A stretch of 64,000 nt of DNA, taken from assembly GCA_013239625.1 (NCBI GenBank), contig MU053652.1, positions 5,323,902 through 5,387,901 on the forward strand, read 5' to 3'. Below, one piece after another: positions 37,454 to 49,749 of the stretch (position 1 is the stretch's first letter; the number at the start of each line of letters is the position of its first letter). The notes under the pieces are model-generated. The model made no database searches. It had not been told where the DNA came from and was given only the letters and a program-made list of their open reading frames with translations. This DNA is from Lama guanicoe (Eukaryota). Made by a program: the position numbers and the translations under genes.

Positions 37454-37991
37454 TTGGGTTCTATACTGTCTTATCACATGTGTAGGTTGTATATCCATCA
37501 CTATAGGCAAGATCATCAACGATTCCATCACAAGGAGCCTTCGAGTTGCCCCTTTGTTTCCACACCCACCTCCCTCCCTCCCACCATAATTTCTGTCTGG
37601 AATCTGGAATCTGTTTTCCATTGCTATAATTTTGCCATTTCAAGAATCACAAATGGAGTTACACAGTCTGTAACCTTTTGGGATTGACTTTTCTCACTCA
37701 GCATAATTCCCTTGGAAATCATCCAAGTTGTTTTGTGCATCAGTAGTTCATTCCCTTGTACTGCTGAGTAGCGTGTTCTGTGGTATGTAGGTACCCCTGT
37801 TTATTTAACCTACCTGTGGAAGGGCATCTGGGCCACTTCCAGCTTTTGACTATTACAAACCAGCCTGCTTTGACCATTTGTATACAGGTTTTGCTGTGAG
37901 CACAAGTTTTTCATTTCTCTGGGATAAACACCCAAGGGTACAACTCTTGTGTCATATGGTAGTTCTATGTTTAATTTGATAGGAAACTTCA

Positions 37992-38427
37992 TGTATTAGT
38001 TTCCTATTGCTGCTACAAATTTAGTGGCCTAAAATGACACCAATGTTTTCTCATAATTCTGGAGGTCAGACGTCCGAGTCACGAGTCTCACAGGGTTGAC
38101 AGAGCTAATTCCTTCTGGAGGCTCCAGGGGAGAATCTCTTCCTTGTTCCCACCAGCTTCCAGAGGCACATCATGGCCCCTCATCCATCTTTAAAGCCAGC
38201 TCTGCCGTGTATTCTCTTCTCTTCTCTCTGATGTTTTGCCTCCCTTTTATAAGAGCCCTATGTTTACATTGCATCCATTAGACAATCCAGGATAATCTCC
38301 CCATCTCAAGATTTGAATTTAGTTACTTCTGCAAAGTCTCTTTTGCCATATAAGGTAATATTTTCAAAGGTTCTGGAGATTAAGGCATGGACGCCTTGCG
38401 GGGGAGGGCATCACTCAGCCTGCCACG
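37992..38427 (-). mobile_element. MaLR solo LTR (MLT1C-like)
   Basis: tgtattagtttcctattgctgct...ccttctggaggctccaggggagaatct...caatccaggataatctccccatctcaaga...actcagcctgccac. Confidence 0.88.
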
Positions 38428-41400
38428 TTGCCAAAATGTCCAGAATGACTGTATCATTTTGCACTCCCACCAGTCATTTATGAGTGATCCATTTTTTTTC
38501 CTTCTTGTAACCTCACCAGAATTGGATAGTGCCGCTCTTTTTTTTTTTTTTATTTTAGCCATTCTGATAGGTGTGTGGTGATATCTCATTGTGGCTGGTT
38601 TTAATTTGCAGTTCCCTGAGGGCTAATGATGTTGAACACCTTTTCATGTGCTTGTTTGCCACCTGTATATCCTTTTCCTTGAAATACCTCTTCATGTCTT
38701 TTGCCCATTTTCTAATGGATTGGACTTTTTTTTTTTTTACCATTAGATTCAGAGAGTTTAAAAATATTTTTTAGGTACTAGTCTTTTGTTGGGTATGTCA
38801 TTCGCAAGTATTCTCTCCCGGGCTGTAGCTGGTTCTTCATCCTTTTCCCATGGTCTTTTGCAAGCAGAAGTTCTCAATTTGATACGGTCCAGTTTATCAA
38901 GTTTTCCTTTTATGGGTCATGTTTTTTTGTGTCAACTCCAAGAAACTATTGCCTACTCCTGGGCCCGAAGTTTTTCTCCTGTCTTTTTGTTTGTTTGTTT
39001 GTTTCTAGAAGTTTTATAGTTTTATGTTTTCCACTTAACGCTATGATCCATTTTGAGTTCATTTTTGTAGAAGGAGTAAATTCTTGTAATAGAAAAAAAA
39101 ATGGAATGATATGAGCTCCATTTCAGAGTCTTTTGGGTCCTAGAGTATTCATGTTGTCACTAGTTAAATAGACATCCACTTTGCAGATAAACTGTGCCGG
39201 ATGGCAGATTTCAATAGCTAAACAAATCTAAACCAGTTCTGATTCCCCTGGGCAGAGCCCTGGGCTCTTTTTCATGTGTACATCCATAATGAAATGCCAG
39301 GCTTCATAGTCTTTTTCTGAAGAAAAATAACAAAAAGAGATAGTATGTCATCTTGCTCAGTTTCTTTTGTTGTGGGCTTGAGTAATTTGCCTCATTGGAA
39401 AAGAGTGCTGTGAACTGGTTTAATTTTCTCGGTACTGGTTGTTTCATTACATCTTCTTCTGGCTTCGGAAGTGGAAAGTGCCTTTTTTCTGTGGTTAAGC
39501 ATCTAATCAAGTTCATGTTATACTGTTGGACTATGGACCAAGGGTACCGCCGAGGCAAGTAGAAGATTTTGGGAAAAGATTAGGGAGAAATCAGTAAAAG
39601 CTCAAAACAAGCATCATGAAGGTTGGAACAAAAACCAAAGGGTTATCGGTGTTACTGCTGATTGGTAATAAGAGACCCCGGGAGGGTCTTTTACTCTCTG
39701 GGAGGTTATATACTAAAGAAGTAAATATAAACTTGTATTTCCCTCTGAGACATTCAGGGACGTTCACTGTAATCATTTCAGATAAATCATTGCCCTGGTA
39801 ATTTTATATTACCAATTTTGTGATGGATTTCCTACTCTGTATATGGAAGGAAGAAATTCAGTGGACTATAAAGCATGCACTCCAAGTTTCAAATGGTCAG
39901 TATGAGAAGTGCGGTGGCTTTTGTAATAAATGTAGCAACTGGATTGGTAAAGATAATTATGGAGTGAGTCTACCCTTGGCCCTTTGAAGATAGATTCCAC
40001 TGAAATCAGTGTGATTACATGCATGGATCAAAGATACAATGTTGAATAATTTTGACATATCACATTAAATCAGTTCATAAACTAGTTGCTACATGTGCTA
40101 GAAGAACTATTTTTAAAATATGTAATCAGATCTTTACACTTTCACAAAAATTATTAGTTTTAAAGAGAATATTTTATACACGTTTTGTTGTCAAAAAGTG
40201 ATAAACTAATATGAATATTATTACTGCACACATACTTTGAAAATGATGAATGCATAATTTCAAGGACATTGGTGATGTCTCTGGTCTCCACAACTGTAGC
40301 TTGATTGTAGATCATCAGGTGAAGGGAATAAGCCCCTAAAAATAAAGATGGCACTGTTGTAATTAGTCTTTTTTCTTTCAAGGCAGAGAAGAAAGTGTAT
40401 ATATTATTGGAAGGCAGAAAGCCTTGATCTTCTTGAGTTAACAATACCGTCTCCTCTACCCACTTGTACTCAGCTTACAGACTAGTCCTTCCTCATTCTC
40501 TGCGTGCGAGAGAGCACGGAAACTGCATACGACCTGCAGTCTCCTCTCTGACAAGACAGCTCCCTAACACTGCACGACCAGATCACACCTGCTAAAATAT
40601 CCTATTTAAGACTTGAATCTAGAGCTAAAGAGGCACCATGTAAAATACCACGTGTCAGGCTAATTAATTACTTGATCAGAGTCCCTGCTTCTATCCTTTT
40701 GGTAACCTGATCATATTTTCAGACTTTGCCTCATTCTCTTTTGCTTATAGACATTTCTGTGCTAGATATAGACTTCTTTTATTTCTGCATAATTTGTGCA
40801 AACCTTGGTATGAATGAAGTGGGACTGGGGTCCTGCCCAGTGAATGAGTGTGACAAATGTTCCCTTGGGGCTGAAGGGGCCCCTCTTGGGGTCCATAAAC
40901 TTTCACGGCTTTACTCGGCCACATGGTTGAGGGCTGTGTTTGCCCTCTCTGGTCTCTCCCTGCAGAAGTAAGAGCACCCTCCATGAATTTCCTCAGCACT
41001 CTGTCTGATTCTATCTTAGAGAGTGTCCAACTCTTTACCTTGCCATAATTACCTGTGCAGCAGGCATAACTCTCAATAGACTGGAAGCCCCTACAGGGCC
41101 CAGGTCATGTCATAGTTACTTTTGTGCTTTCCCAAGGCATGTAGTCGGGGCCCAGAGCAGACAGGTTGTGTCAATGTGTGTGTTCCCCATTTTCTAAAGT
41201 CTGAATGAGGCATATCATGATACTAGCTGGGCTATGTGTTTTATAACATTTAATGACAAGGATTTTGTTGGTCTGGATTCTAGCTCTCAGATCAGTGGGT
41301 CTGCTATCTTTATGACCAAATTTTCCGCACTTATGTTTTCAGAAGGAGAAGTGGTTACCTCCTCTCTCTGCTCCCTGTTTTTATCTCCTAGGATGAGAAA

Positions 41401-43759
41401 CATGTTTATACATGCCCTTCTTGCTAATCACTACTTTGGGACTAATCATCAGGGACCTTAAATTTAGAAGAAAATGTGTAAAATTCCTGTCCTGAATTCG
41501 TTTCTAGGGAGCCAGTGGGGTATTTTCCTGAAAAAAGAAAATCACATTCTTAATCCTCTTATTATTAATATTAGATGATCCGTAGAATCAACACATTATA
41601 TAATGAGCACAAAAAAACATAATATTCTTACAGCATTATCTTCCATAAAAGAAAACCTTCAGTTTGCATGCAGAATTATCATATAAATCCAAAGTTCAAC
41701 TATTATTATTGTATGTTTTTAATTATTATTAAAAGTAGGTCTATAAAGCCAGGAAGATATATGTTTTCCAAGAAAACAGGAAGCAAATTTGGTTTTACTA
41801 GTCATACCTAGTCTAAAGCTATTAATTTTCTTCCAAGAATAAAATAGGATTGCAAGTGGGTGTTTAAAAAATGCATTAAAATGGCAATGTGCACATAATT
41901 TAAATGAGCCAAGAGCTGCTAATTATTCTGGCATGTGTTCAATTACTTTTGTACTATTACTTCTCTAATGTAAACAAGAGAAATCCTCTTAATCGTCAAA
42001 AATTGCTTTTAGTAGATGTTGCTATTTTTGGTTTTTTGCTGTTCTTTTTTGTGCAGTTTGCATATTTAAGAACTAGTCACAAAGTGTGATTATTTAGAAT
42101 ATTAAAAAAAAGAACGCACTATTACTTATCTTTTTCAGCTCTTAAAATCAAATTAAGGAGCTAATTAAGCTGTTCACTTACTCGAGCGGAAAATAATCAT
42201 GCAGTGTGTATCTGGAGGAAAAAAACAGCCTTACGTGCATCCAAATGAGGTAGAAGTGGGCTGAGACATACTCATGTAACAGGGGACTTGGAACACGATG
42301 CATAATGAAGAAGGCAGGTCCTTCGCTGTAGTATACTTGATCATTATTTTCCAGAAATGACATTGATTTGTGGGCGGGACTGCACTATTCTTCACAGCTC
42401 AGGGCCTTCAGCTTATGACTAAATACTGCAGCCTTATTTTGAAGGCATTCTATCATACATTTACAAAATTTAAATGAGTTAATTAAGTTTATTAGAACAT
42501 GCTCCTGCTCCCTCCAGCATGGTGTACTAAACGCTCAGCTAGTTCCTGGGTAAAGCATGCTTACTGATGAGTCACAGGCTGTTGGAGTGAAATTCTTTCC
42601 CCTGAGTTTTGACTGAAACACCAATATGATGGATACCAAAGAAAGTTAGAAAATTCTGTGAACCGCATCCGTGGAGTCGTAGGGCAAGATATGAAAAAGG
42701 GTCATTGCATGGAGTGAGAAAAGGATTAGTGAGGAGGATATCTTTGAAGAAAACTGTGTGATAACGCGGTTCACTGTTCCTATCCAACCCCCCACCAAAT
42801 GCACAGGTGGAGACACTTCCTTCTAGTCCCACAGGCCATGGCACCTCCTGGAGAGCCTTGATGAGTGCGGGCTGGGTTTGATTCTGATGTTGAAAACCTA
42901 GAGGGCACGAGAAGGGCTGACTAACCACTCCTGGGGAAGATGTGGAGAGGAATTGGCTTTGTTTTTTGTCCCCAGGGCTGCCTCATTGTTTCAAAAAGAC
43001 TAGATGTGGGCATTTGGGAGAAAGAGCCAGGGGGGTTTCTCTTAGAGCCGCCATCTGCAAGAGGTGAGAAGGAAATAGAAGATACAGGCTGGTTATGTAC
43101 CACTGGGGTACAAAGTCTAAGGGGGGAATGATAACAAGCACTCAGGTTAGAAATGCACCCACCTGGGGCTAGAAGTTGCAGGAGAAAGATGTCCATTGAT
43201 AGTAACTTCTAAAGAGCTCATGAACCCTCAGCTCATGGGGTATCAGCTAAGTGAGAACGTTTTGTCCCATTCCTCTTCCCCATCCTCCTACTTTGACCCT
43301 GAAGACATCAACACTCAGTTTGGAAGAGGGAAGAGGGAAGAGGGAAGAGAAGCACAAGGCAGTGAATTAGGGGAGAAGCCAGTCAGCCCCTCATTCTCGT
43401 GAAAGGCTTCCAGCCTGAAGCAGAAGCAGTCAGGGAGAGGAGGAGATTTGCTGCCAAGTCAAGCCCAGAGTTATAATTATTATACAGAGTTGGACATTCT
43501 AATTTCTGAATCAAGACTGTTTTCTTCATCCCGGTGCAAGGAAACATTACCTCTGCAAGGTAAAGCTCAAAGGAACAGTGAGCGGCAAAAATGAAGTTGG
43601 GTTTCGATTCTATTACAATATATATGTGCTTAAGTAACCTGGCAATTTCAAACGCAGTGCTAGGTTTGTAGGAAATGGAAGAAATTTCCAATGGTGAAGA
43701 AAGAGAGAATAGTTTGCCGAAATTTGAGTAGGAGATGCAGTGAGCGGTGAGCAAATGTG

Positions 43760-44385
43760 ATCAGGAGACTAAGCTGTGCCCAAAGCAAGGTGACTGAGTG
43801 GAACCTGAGATTCTTATGTTAGTTCAGACCCTGGAAGGGGGATAATGTAGCCCCAGGTCTAGCATCCCAGGCCCCCAGCAGAAGCAAGGGAAAACCTACT
43901 CCAGAGGAAGGCAACCTTGGTGGGCCCTTGGGATTCCCATAGATTAAAATCTGCCAAATAACCAAAGATCACCAAAATGACAGAAGAGAAAGCCTCCCTC
44001 TCACCATGAGGAAAGTCAGCAGAAACAATGAACAAAAGACTTTGAGTGTTAATGAATTCAGATTTTGGAATTGTCAGATGGAAAATATCAAGTGATTATG
44101 TATGAAATGTTTAAAGAAATAACCTGCTAAGTCAAGAAGTGAGAAACCCATAAGGAATTACCCAAAACAAGTGGGAAGATTTGAAAAGGACCCAAAGAGA
44201 AATTCCAAAATGAAAAATATAATTGTTGAAATTTAACAAAATCAGTGAATTGGTTAAGAAGCAGACTGAACAACTGAAGAGAGAATTATTGATAGAGGAT
44301 TAAAAGAAATTACCCAGAATATAGCACAGGAAGACAAGGGGATGGAAAATATGAGAGAATTTATTACAACACATCCTCAATTAAA
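43760..44385 (+). mobile_element. Ancient L1 5'/ORF1-region fragment
   Basis: A-rich decayed ORF1-like text (aactgaagagagaatt...aaagaaattacccagaatatagcacag...gatggaaaatatgagaga). Confidence 0.6.
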
Positions 44386-45775
44386 GAACTCCTAAAACAA
44401 GTATTTTGGTCTCAGATCCCCTTTACATTCTTAAAAATTATTGAGGACCCCAAAGTGCTTTTGTATATGTAGGTTATATTTATTGATGTTTACCATATTA
44501 GAAGTTAAAACAGAAATTTAAAATATTTCATTAATTTATTCAAAAAAACTCATTTGATGTTAACATAAGTAACATAGTTTAAGAAAAATAGCTTATTTTC
44601 CAAAGCAAAAATATTACTGAGAAATTGTGTTATAGTTTTGAAAATTTCTTTATTGTCTGCATAAATAGAAGACAGATGGATTCTCATATTTGCTTCTGCA
44701 TTGATTCTATTGCTATATGTTGTTTGGTTGAAATGTATGAAGAAAATCTGGCCTCACTCAGATATGTAGCAGAAAAAGGGAGAAGTATTTTCATAGCTTT
44801 TTCAGGTAATGGTGGATATTATTCTTGATATGACACCCAAATTCAGCAAATGGTAGTTTTCTAGTGATTAGTTGCAATGTGGAATTTGAAAGCCAAATCA
44901 GTAAACTTTTCATATTCTGTTACATTAAAATTTATTTGCCTATGTTAAACTTTAAATGGATCTTTTACTTTGGATGATTTTGTAACATCATGGACTGGTG
45001 ATTTGGAAGATACTGATTCACTGATTCATGCAGATCTTCCAAACATTGATGCAAAAATCACACTCATTAACATCACTGCTGATCTTGTTAGAAAAGTCCG
45101 CGTACTGAGAAGCTCATGGTGGGAAGTAAAAGTTTTCTAAACTTCTGATTTTTGCTTGAATACTGGAATTTTATCATTGGCAACAAATTCTGTCAGTTGT
45201 TTTCCTAGAAGTTAACAGGCTTAGTTCGTTTAATTTTGAGCAAATGTCTGCCAGTTATCCAAGCTTGAATAGCCATAGTTCATCTGTCAGTCATCCTTTT
45301 AAGTAAAGATGGTGTCCCATGAAAAAACTGGATACGCCAGCTTGAAACTCAATCACACAAGTGTTTTGACCATCATACTCTGGTATGCAGCAGAAGTGTT
45401 TTTGGTACTTCCCATGTGGTCACAGACTATTAAAAAACATTGCCTAAGTGTCAAGAGTTAATAAAATTAATATTGTTTTTCTGCTTCACCAAGCACACTG
45501 TTAAGTGAAACTGCATTTTAGAAAATTTATGGTGAGTGGGTGGCCGTGGAGAACACAATGACTTCTAGCCTAATTTGGTGCCACTGCCTTGATTTGTGCC
45601 AAGGCAGCTGCACTTTACCCATCATTGCTTTTGTACCTTCAATGTGTGTGTCAATGCAGTGAAAAAGACAAATAACACCTCAGTATTGTTATGAAAGTAG
45701 TTTGGACCTGGTGGACCCCTAAAAGGGTCTTGGGGGACCCTATAGATCCATACATCACACTTTGAGATTGCTATT
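44385..45775 (-). mobile_element. Charlie1a-like hAT DNA transposon (about 1.4 kb, non-autonomous)
   Basis: Ends ttttggtctcagatcccctttacattcttaaaaattattgaggaccccaaag and ggacccctaaaagggtcttgggggaccc...cacactttgaga resemble Charlie1 termini; the internal sequence is continuous. Confidence 0.85.
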
Positions 45776-47279
45776 CTAAAGGAATGGGAAAAAAGTCTCC
45801 AGAAGTAAGATCTGAAACAGAAGAAGGTCTGGTGAGCAAAAGAAAATGGTAACCTAAGAAATCTTAGATATATAAAATAATAATGTGTAATTTGTGGGGA
45901 TTAAAACATTAGAGTTAAACACTGTAGGCAACAGTACCATACAAATGGGGAGGGGTAAAAATAATGTGTAAATTGGGAAGGATATTCAGAGAGGAATTTT
46001 ATGGTATTGATTGACATTAGGCTTTCATATAAATATGAAGGAAAATGTTAAGGATGGAGAATGTCTAGTTAAACACTGTGGCTTGAATGTATGTATTTAT
46101 TTTCATGCCCTTCCCCAAATCACAAGCATGACAATAAATGGACGTTTTTAAAAGATACAAGCCTATAGAAGCAAGTGAGGAGACCAGAGCAGCCAAATTT
46201 AGGAAGGCGGAAAGCAGCTGGATGAGTGGTAACTATCTTCGACACCCTGGAAAAGCCGAGTTCCAAGCTGCATGAGGAGTCAGTGGCAACAATGAAAAAT
46301 GACTGAGGTTCCTAAGAACTTCAGATTTCAGAATTGCCAGAGGCAGAATATAAGTTGATTACGTATGAAATTGCTTGAAGAAGTCATGTATGATCACTTT
46401 GTGATGTGTGTAAGTCATATCATGCTGCTGTACATCTTACACAGTGCTGTATGTCAGTTATATCTCAATAAAACTGGAAGGGGAAAAAACATAACATATG
46501 TACTAACATAAAAGGATAGCAACAAGAAACTGCCAGAAAGGCAATGTGTACCTGGAAGAAATAAATGGCACCTTGAGAAGCACTACTGATGCTGAGGGAT
46601 CCTCAAAAGGTCCCGAAGCTGGTGTCATTTTGAACCTCCTAGAGATGGAGGTTAGGTGAGGGCGCAAAAGGAGGAGAGGTCGAAAGGTTTTCTACAAAGA
46701 GGCTAGCCTCCAGCTTTCCTTCCTCACCCTGAGGATTTCCTCTGGGTATGATCATTCACATGACTTCTGGGCTGAGCGATGGCAGGCACAGTTGGGAGTG
46801 GAGTATATTAAAACCTATATACTGAAGTGTAGGTACTGAATCTGTGTACAGCAGCCCCTATCTGAAATTCAAATAACTATATTGTGGGGATTGAATGATG
46901 GTGTTGGTGCGTACATGGTAGGTTTATGAGAGGATATGGAGTACGTGTGAAAGTGTGTTAAGTTCTCATTTTCCAAGGTGGGAAGGCAATAGGTAATGAA
47001 ACAGAAAAATAAAGAAGTAATAATATAAGCATGTTATGTAGAGCTATGGACATAAATATCAAAAGACTCAATTAAAAAATTGAAAGGATTTACCTTTGGG
47101 AATCAGGAAATGGGGCTGTGGGGAGGGGTTAGGAAACTGCAGTCTTCCAGAACAAATTCAAAGAACTGTTTGACTCTAAGCTATATCCACAAGTGTCTTT
47201 GATAAAAATAAAAATGAAATCTAAAAATTACAAAGGTTACTGCTAAAAGAATAGAAATAGATTCCATAATTTCAAACTT

Positions 47280-48830
47280 ATAAGCAGAAAAAGATAGAAA
47301 AAGGAAATGAAATAGTTAAAATCTTCCCACAAAAAATACCAGGCCCAGATAGTTTTACCAAATTTTAATAATCAGATTATTTCTGTCTAACACTAATGCT
47401 TCCAGAATACAGAAAAGGAGACATTTCCTCACTTACTCTGAACCTGGTGTAAATTTAAAACCCCAAATTTGACACCCCAAATTTGACAAAGTTAGCATAG
47501 GAAGGAAAATTGCAGGCCAATTTCATTCTTGAACATTAAAAAATTCTAAATATTAATAAGCCAAAATCCAGCAGTGTATAAAAAAAGCTAATGCATCCTG
47601 ATTAAATTGGGTTTATTCTAGGACACAAGGGTGATTTGACATTCAAATAATTATAAATGCCATTCATCATATCAAGAAATTAAATGAGAAAAAAATAAAT
47701 TCAATAGATTCAGGAAAAACATTTGACTTAAAAAAAATCTTGTGAAGCTAAATATGGAAGGACATTTTCTTAGCCAGATAAAGGGTATTAAAACAACAAC
47801 AATCCCCTACAGTGAAAATTATTCTTATTGGTTAAATCTTAGGAGCATTCTTTTTAAGACCTGGAAAAGGCAGACATCCACTGTTGTCAGTTCTCATCAA
47901 CATTTTATTGGCTTCCTAGTAAGGCAAGAAATAAGTAAGAAGTAAATTCATTATTTACAGATAATATGATTCTCTACCCAGAAAATTCAAAGAATCTATA
48001 AGCTTTTTACAGAATTAAGAAGTTAGGGAAGCTCATCAATGGGGCCATGTGCTGAGTGCGATTAGTCACTCTACTCTGTGTCCCTTGGGAAGGTCTGAGA
48101 CTAGGGCCAGGAGTGGCCCTAACAGGGCTCTCCCTGAGCTTCGGGGAGGTGAGTTCCCAGAAACGGGGCTCCGTGCCAGGGCAGACTGGACAGGAGATGC
48201 TGTGGACCCCACCCTTCGGAGGGGCCTGGCGGATGCCTCCATAGCCAGAGCTTGGAACAGACTCACGGTCAGCGAAGTGAGTTCAATGGCTGAGGTGAGG
48301 TACCCTGTACAGCGGCTTCATAACCCAATTCAGACTACTCTCCCCCGTTAAAAAAAAAAAAAAAAGTTGATTGGATATAATGTTAGTATACAAACTATTT
48401 GCCATCAACAAATAGAAAATATAACAGAAGAAAGAATACCCCATGTAATAGCACAAAAATATTGTTACTTATGAATAAATCTATCAAAAGATATACACAG
48501 TCTTTATGAAGTAAATTATAAAACTCCATACAAAGGCATTAAAGAAGATCTAAATAAATGGATAGGTATACTATTTCATATATTCGAAGATTAAGAATCA
48601 TGTGACATCGATTTCTTCCGAATTCATTTATAAATTTAGTGCAATTCCAATTAAAATCTCAATAGGGATTTTTTTTTCTTTTTTGGTGGAACTTGAACAA
48701 CTGATTAGAAAAATTATATGGAAGAGCTATGAACCAAAAACAGCCATACTACTCTTGAAGAAGAGCAAGATGGGAGACTTGTCCTACCAGATAGTGGGAC
48801 CATTTATAAAGCTACGGGAAAATTAAAATT
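47280..48830 (+). mobile_element. Ancient L1 (L1ME-like) ORF2 fragment hosting the RPPH1 retrocopy
   Basis: accaggcccagatagttttac, aatccagcagtgtataaaaa, ttatttacagataatatgatt (decayed FADD region), tataaatttagtgcaattccaattaaaatc. Confidence 0.8.
48025..48365 (+). pseudogene. RPPH1: RNase P RNA (H1) processed pseudogene, near full length with poly(A)
   Basis: Colinear with mammalian H1 RNA: AGGGAAGCTCATCA.TGGGGCCA, TCCCTTGGGAAGGTCTGAGACTAGGGCCAG, GCTCTCCCTGAGCTTCGGGGAGGTGAGTTCCCAGA, GAGCTTGGAACAGACTCACGG, GAAGTGAGTTCAATGGCTGAGGTGAGGTACCC, CATAACCCAATTCAGACTACTCTCC; A16 tail; flanks aagaagtt / aaaaagtt. Confidence 0.97.
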
Positions 48831-49454
48831 ATTTAGAACAGCAGCTGAGCCAGAGTAAGTGCTATAAATATGCAGATCTTTCTAGAAGTCATGGAAGTAT
48901 TTTAAAATTTCTTCCTCAATCCTTTTATTTTTATTTAAACAAATTTTTAAGTTTATTTAAACAAAAATTGTTTATTTAATTTTAACACCTGTATTGTGAT
49001 ATGGTTCCTGAACAGTAAACTACACGTTTCAAATGTACAATTTGATGAATTTTGATAGATGTCTACACCAATGAAACCTCAGTCCCTTTATGAAGTCCTT
49101 CCGTGCCCCTCAGCCCCTTTTCCACGTCGTTAATTGACAAGTTCCCAGCAGTGAATGGCAATGGTCTTAGGAGGCACTGCTGGTTACCTCCAATTTGCTC
49201 TCTTGAGGGATTTGTCTGCTCATTGGTTTATGCACCTCGTTACATGGATAAATTGTATTTCCACAACTCTTGCCCTAATATTTTATATCCTCTGCAGACC
49301 AAGGATTCTGGATCTCTACAGGACATTTCCGTGTCCTCAACATTCTGTTAAGTAAGATAAATAGGTTACATTACATCAGCGAGTTCCCAGGGCTTTGGAC
49401 TCATCTCACTGTGGTACTTTAATTGACTACATGTCTTCCTGGTGGTTCTTCATC

Positions 49455-49668
49455 TAGAACTGTACCACCTACTACTGTAGCCACTAGCCACACGTGGTTC
49501 TTAAAATGGAAATGAATTAAAATGAATACAATTAGAATTTTAGTTTCCCATTCTCACTAGCCACATTTCAGGTGTTCATAGCCACATGTGGCTCGTAGCT
49601 CCTGAACTGGACAGGGTGGGTAGAGAACATTTCCATCACTGGACAAAATTCTTTTGGATAGTACAGGT
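49455..49668 (-). mobile_element. MER3 hAT-Charlie MITE
   Basis: gtagccactagccacacgtgg...actagccacatttcaggtgttcatagccacatgtggct...tagagaacatttccatcact...ttggatag. Confidence 0.88.
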
Positions 49669-49749
49669 GTAAGATATTTTTCTTGAGCTTTTCGTCTTCT
49701 CTACCAGTTAACCTAGGCCACACCCACAGTATGCCTACACTTTTACAAC

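Larger units (their letters stand above)
37205..39075 (-). mobile_element. L1MC1-like 3' region with ORF2 remnants, split by an MLT LTR
   Basis: Antisense L1MC terminus (cacatgcagttacaagaaataatacagaga); ORF remnants IRKWAKDMKRYF...ANKHMKRCSTSL and MRYHHTPIRMAKIK. Confidence 0.9.

Noticed and set aside
37172..37687. 171-aa ORF, the longest in the track
   Set aside because: It is antisense to an L1MC 3' UTR and runs through a TG/CG microsatellite (CVCVCVRARA).
47461..47488. 14-bp perfect tandem duplication (ccccaaatttgaca x2), and similar micro-duplications near 27541, 28313 and 36087
   Set aside because: Ordinary slippage duplications with no sign of function.
48049..48351. 100-aa ORF and overlapping ORFs
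   Set aside because: They are incidental frames in the GC-rich RPPH1 retrocopy.
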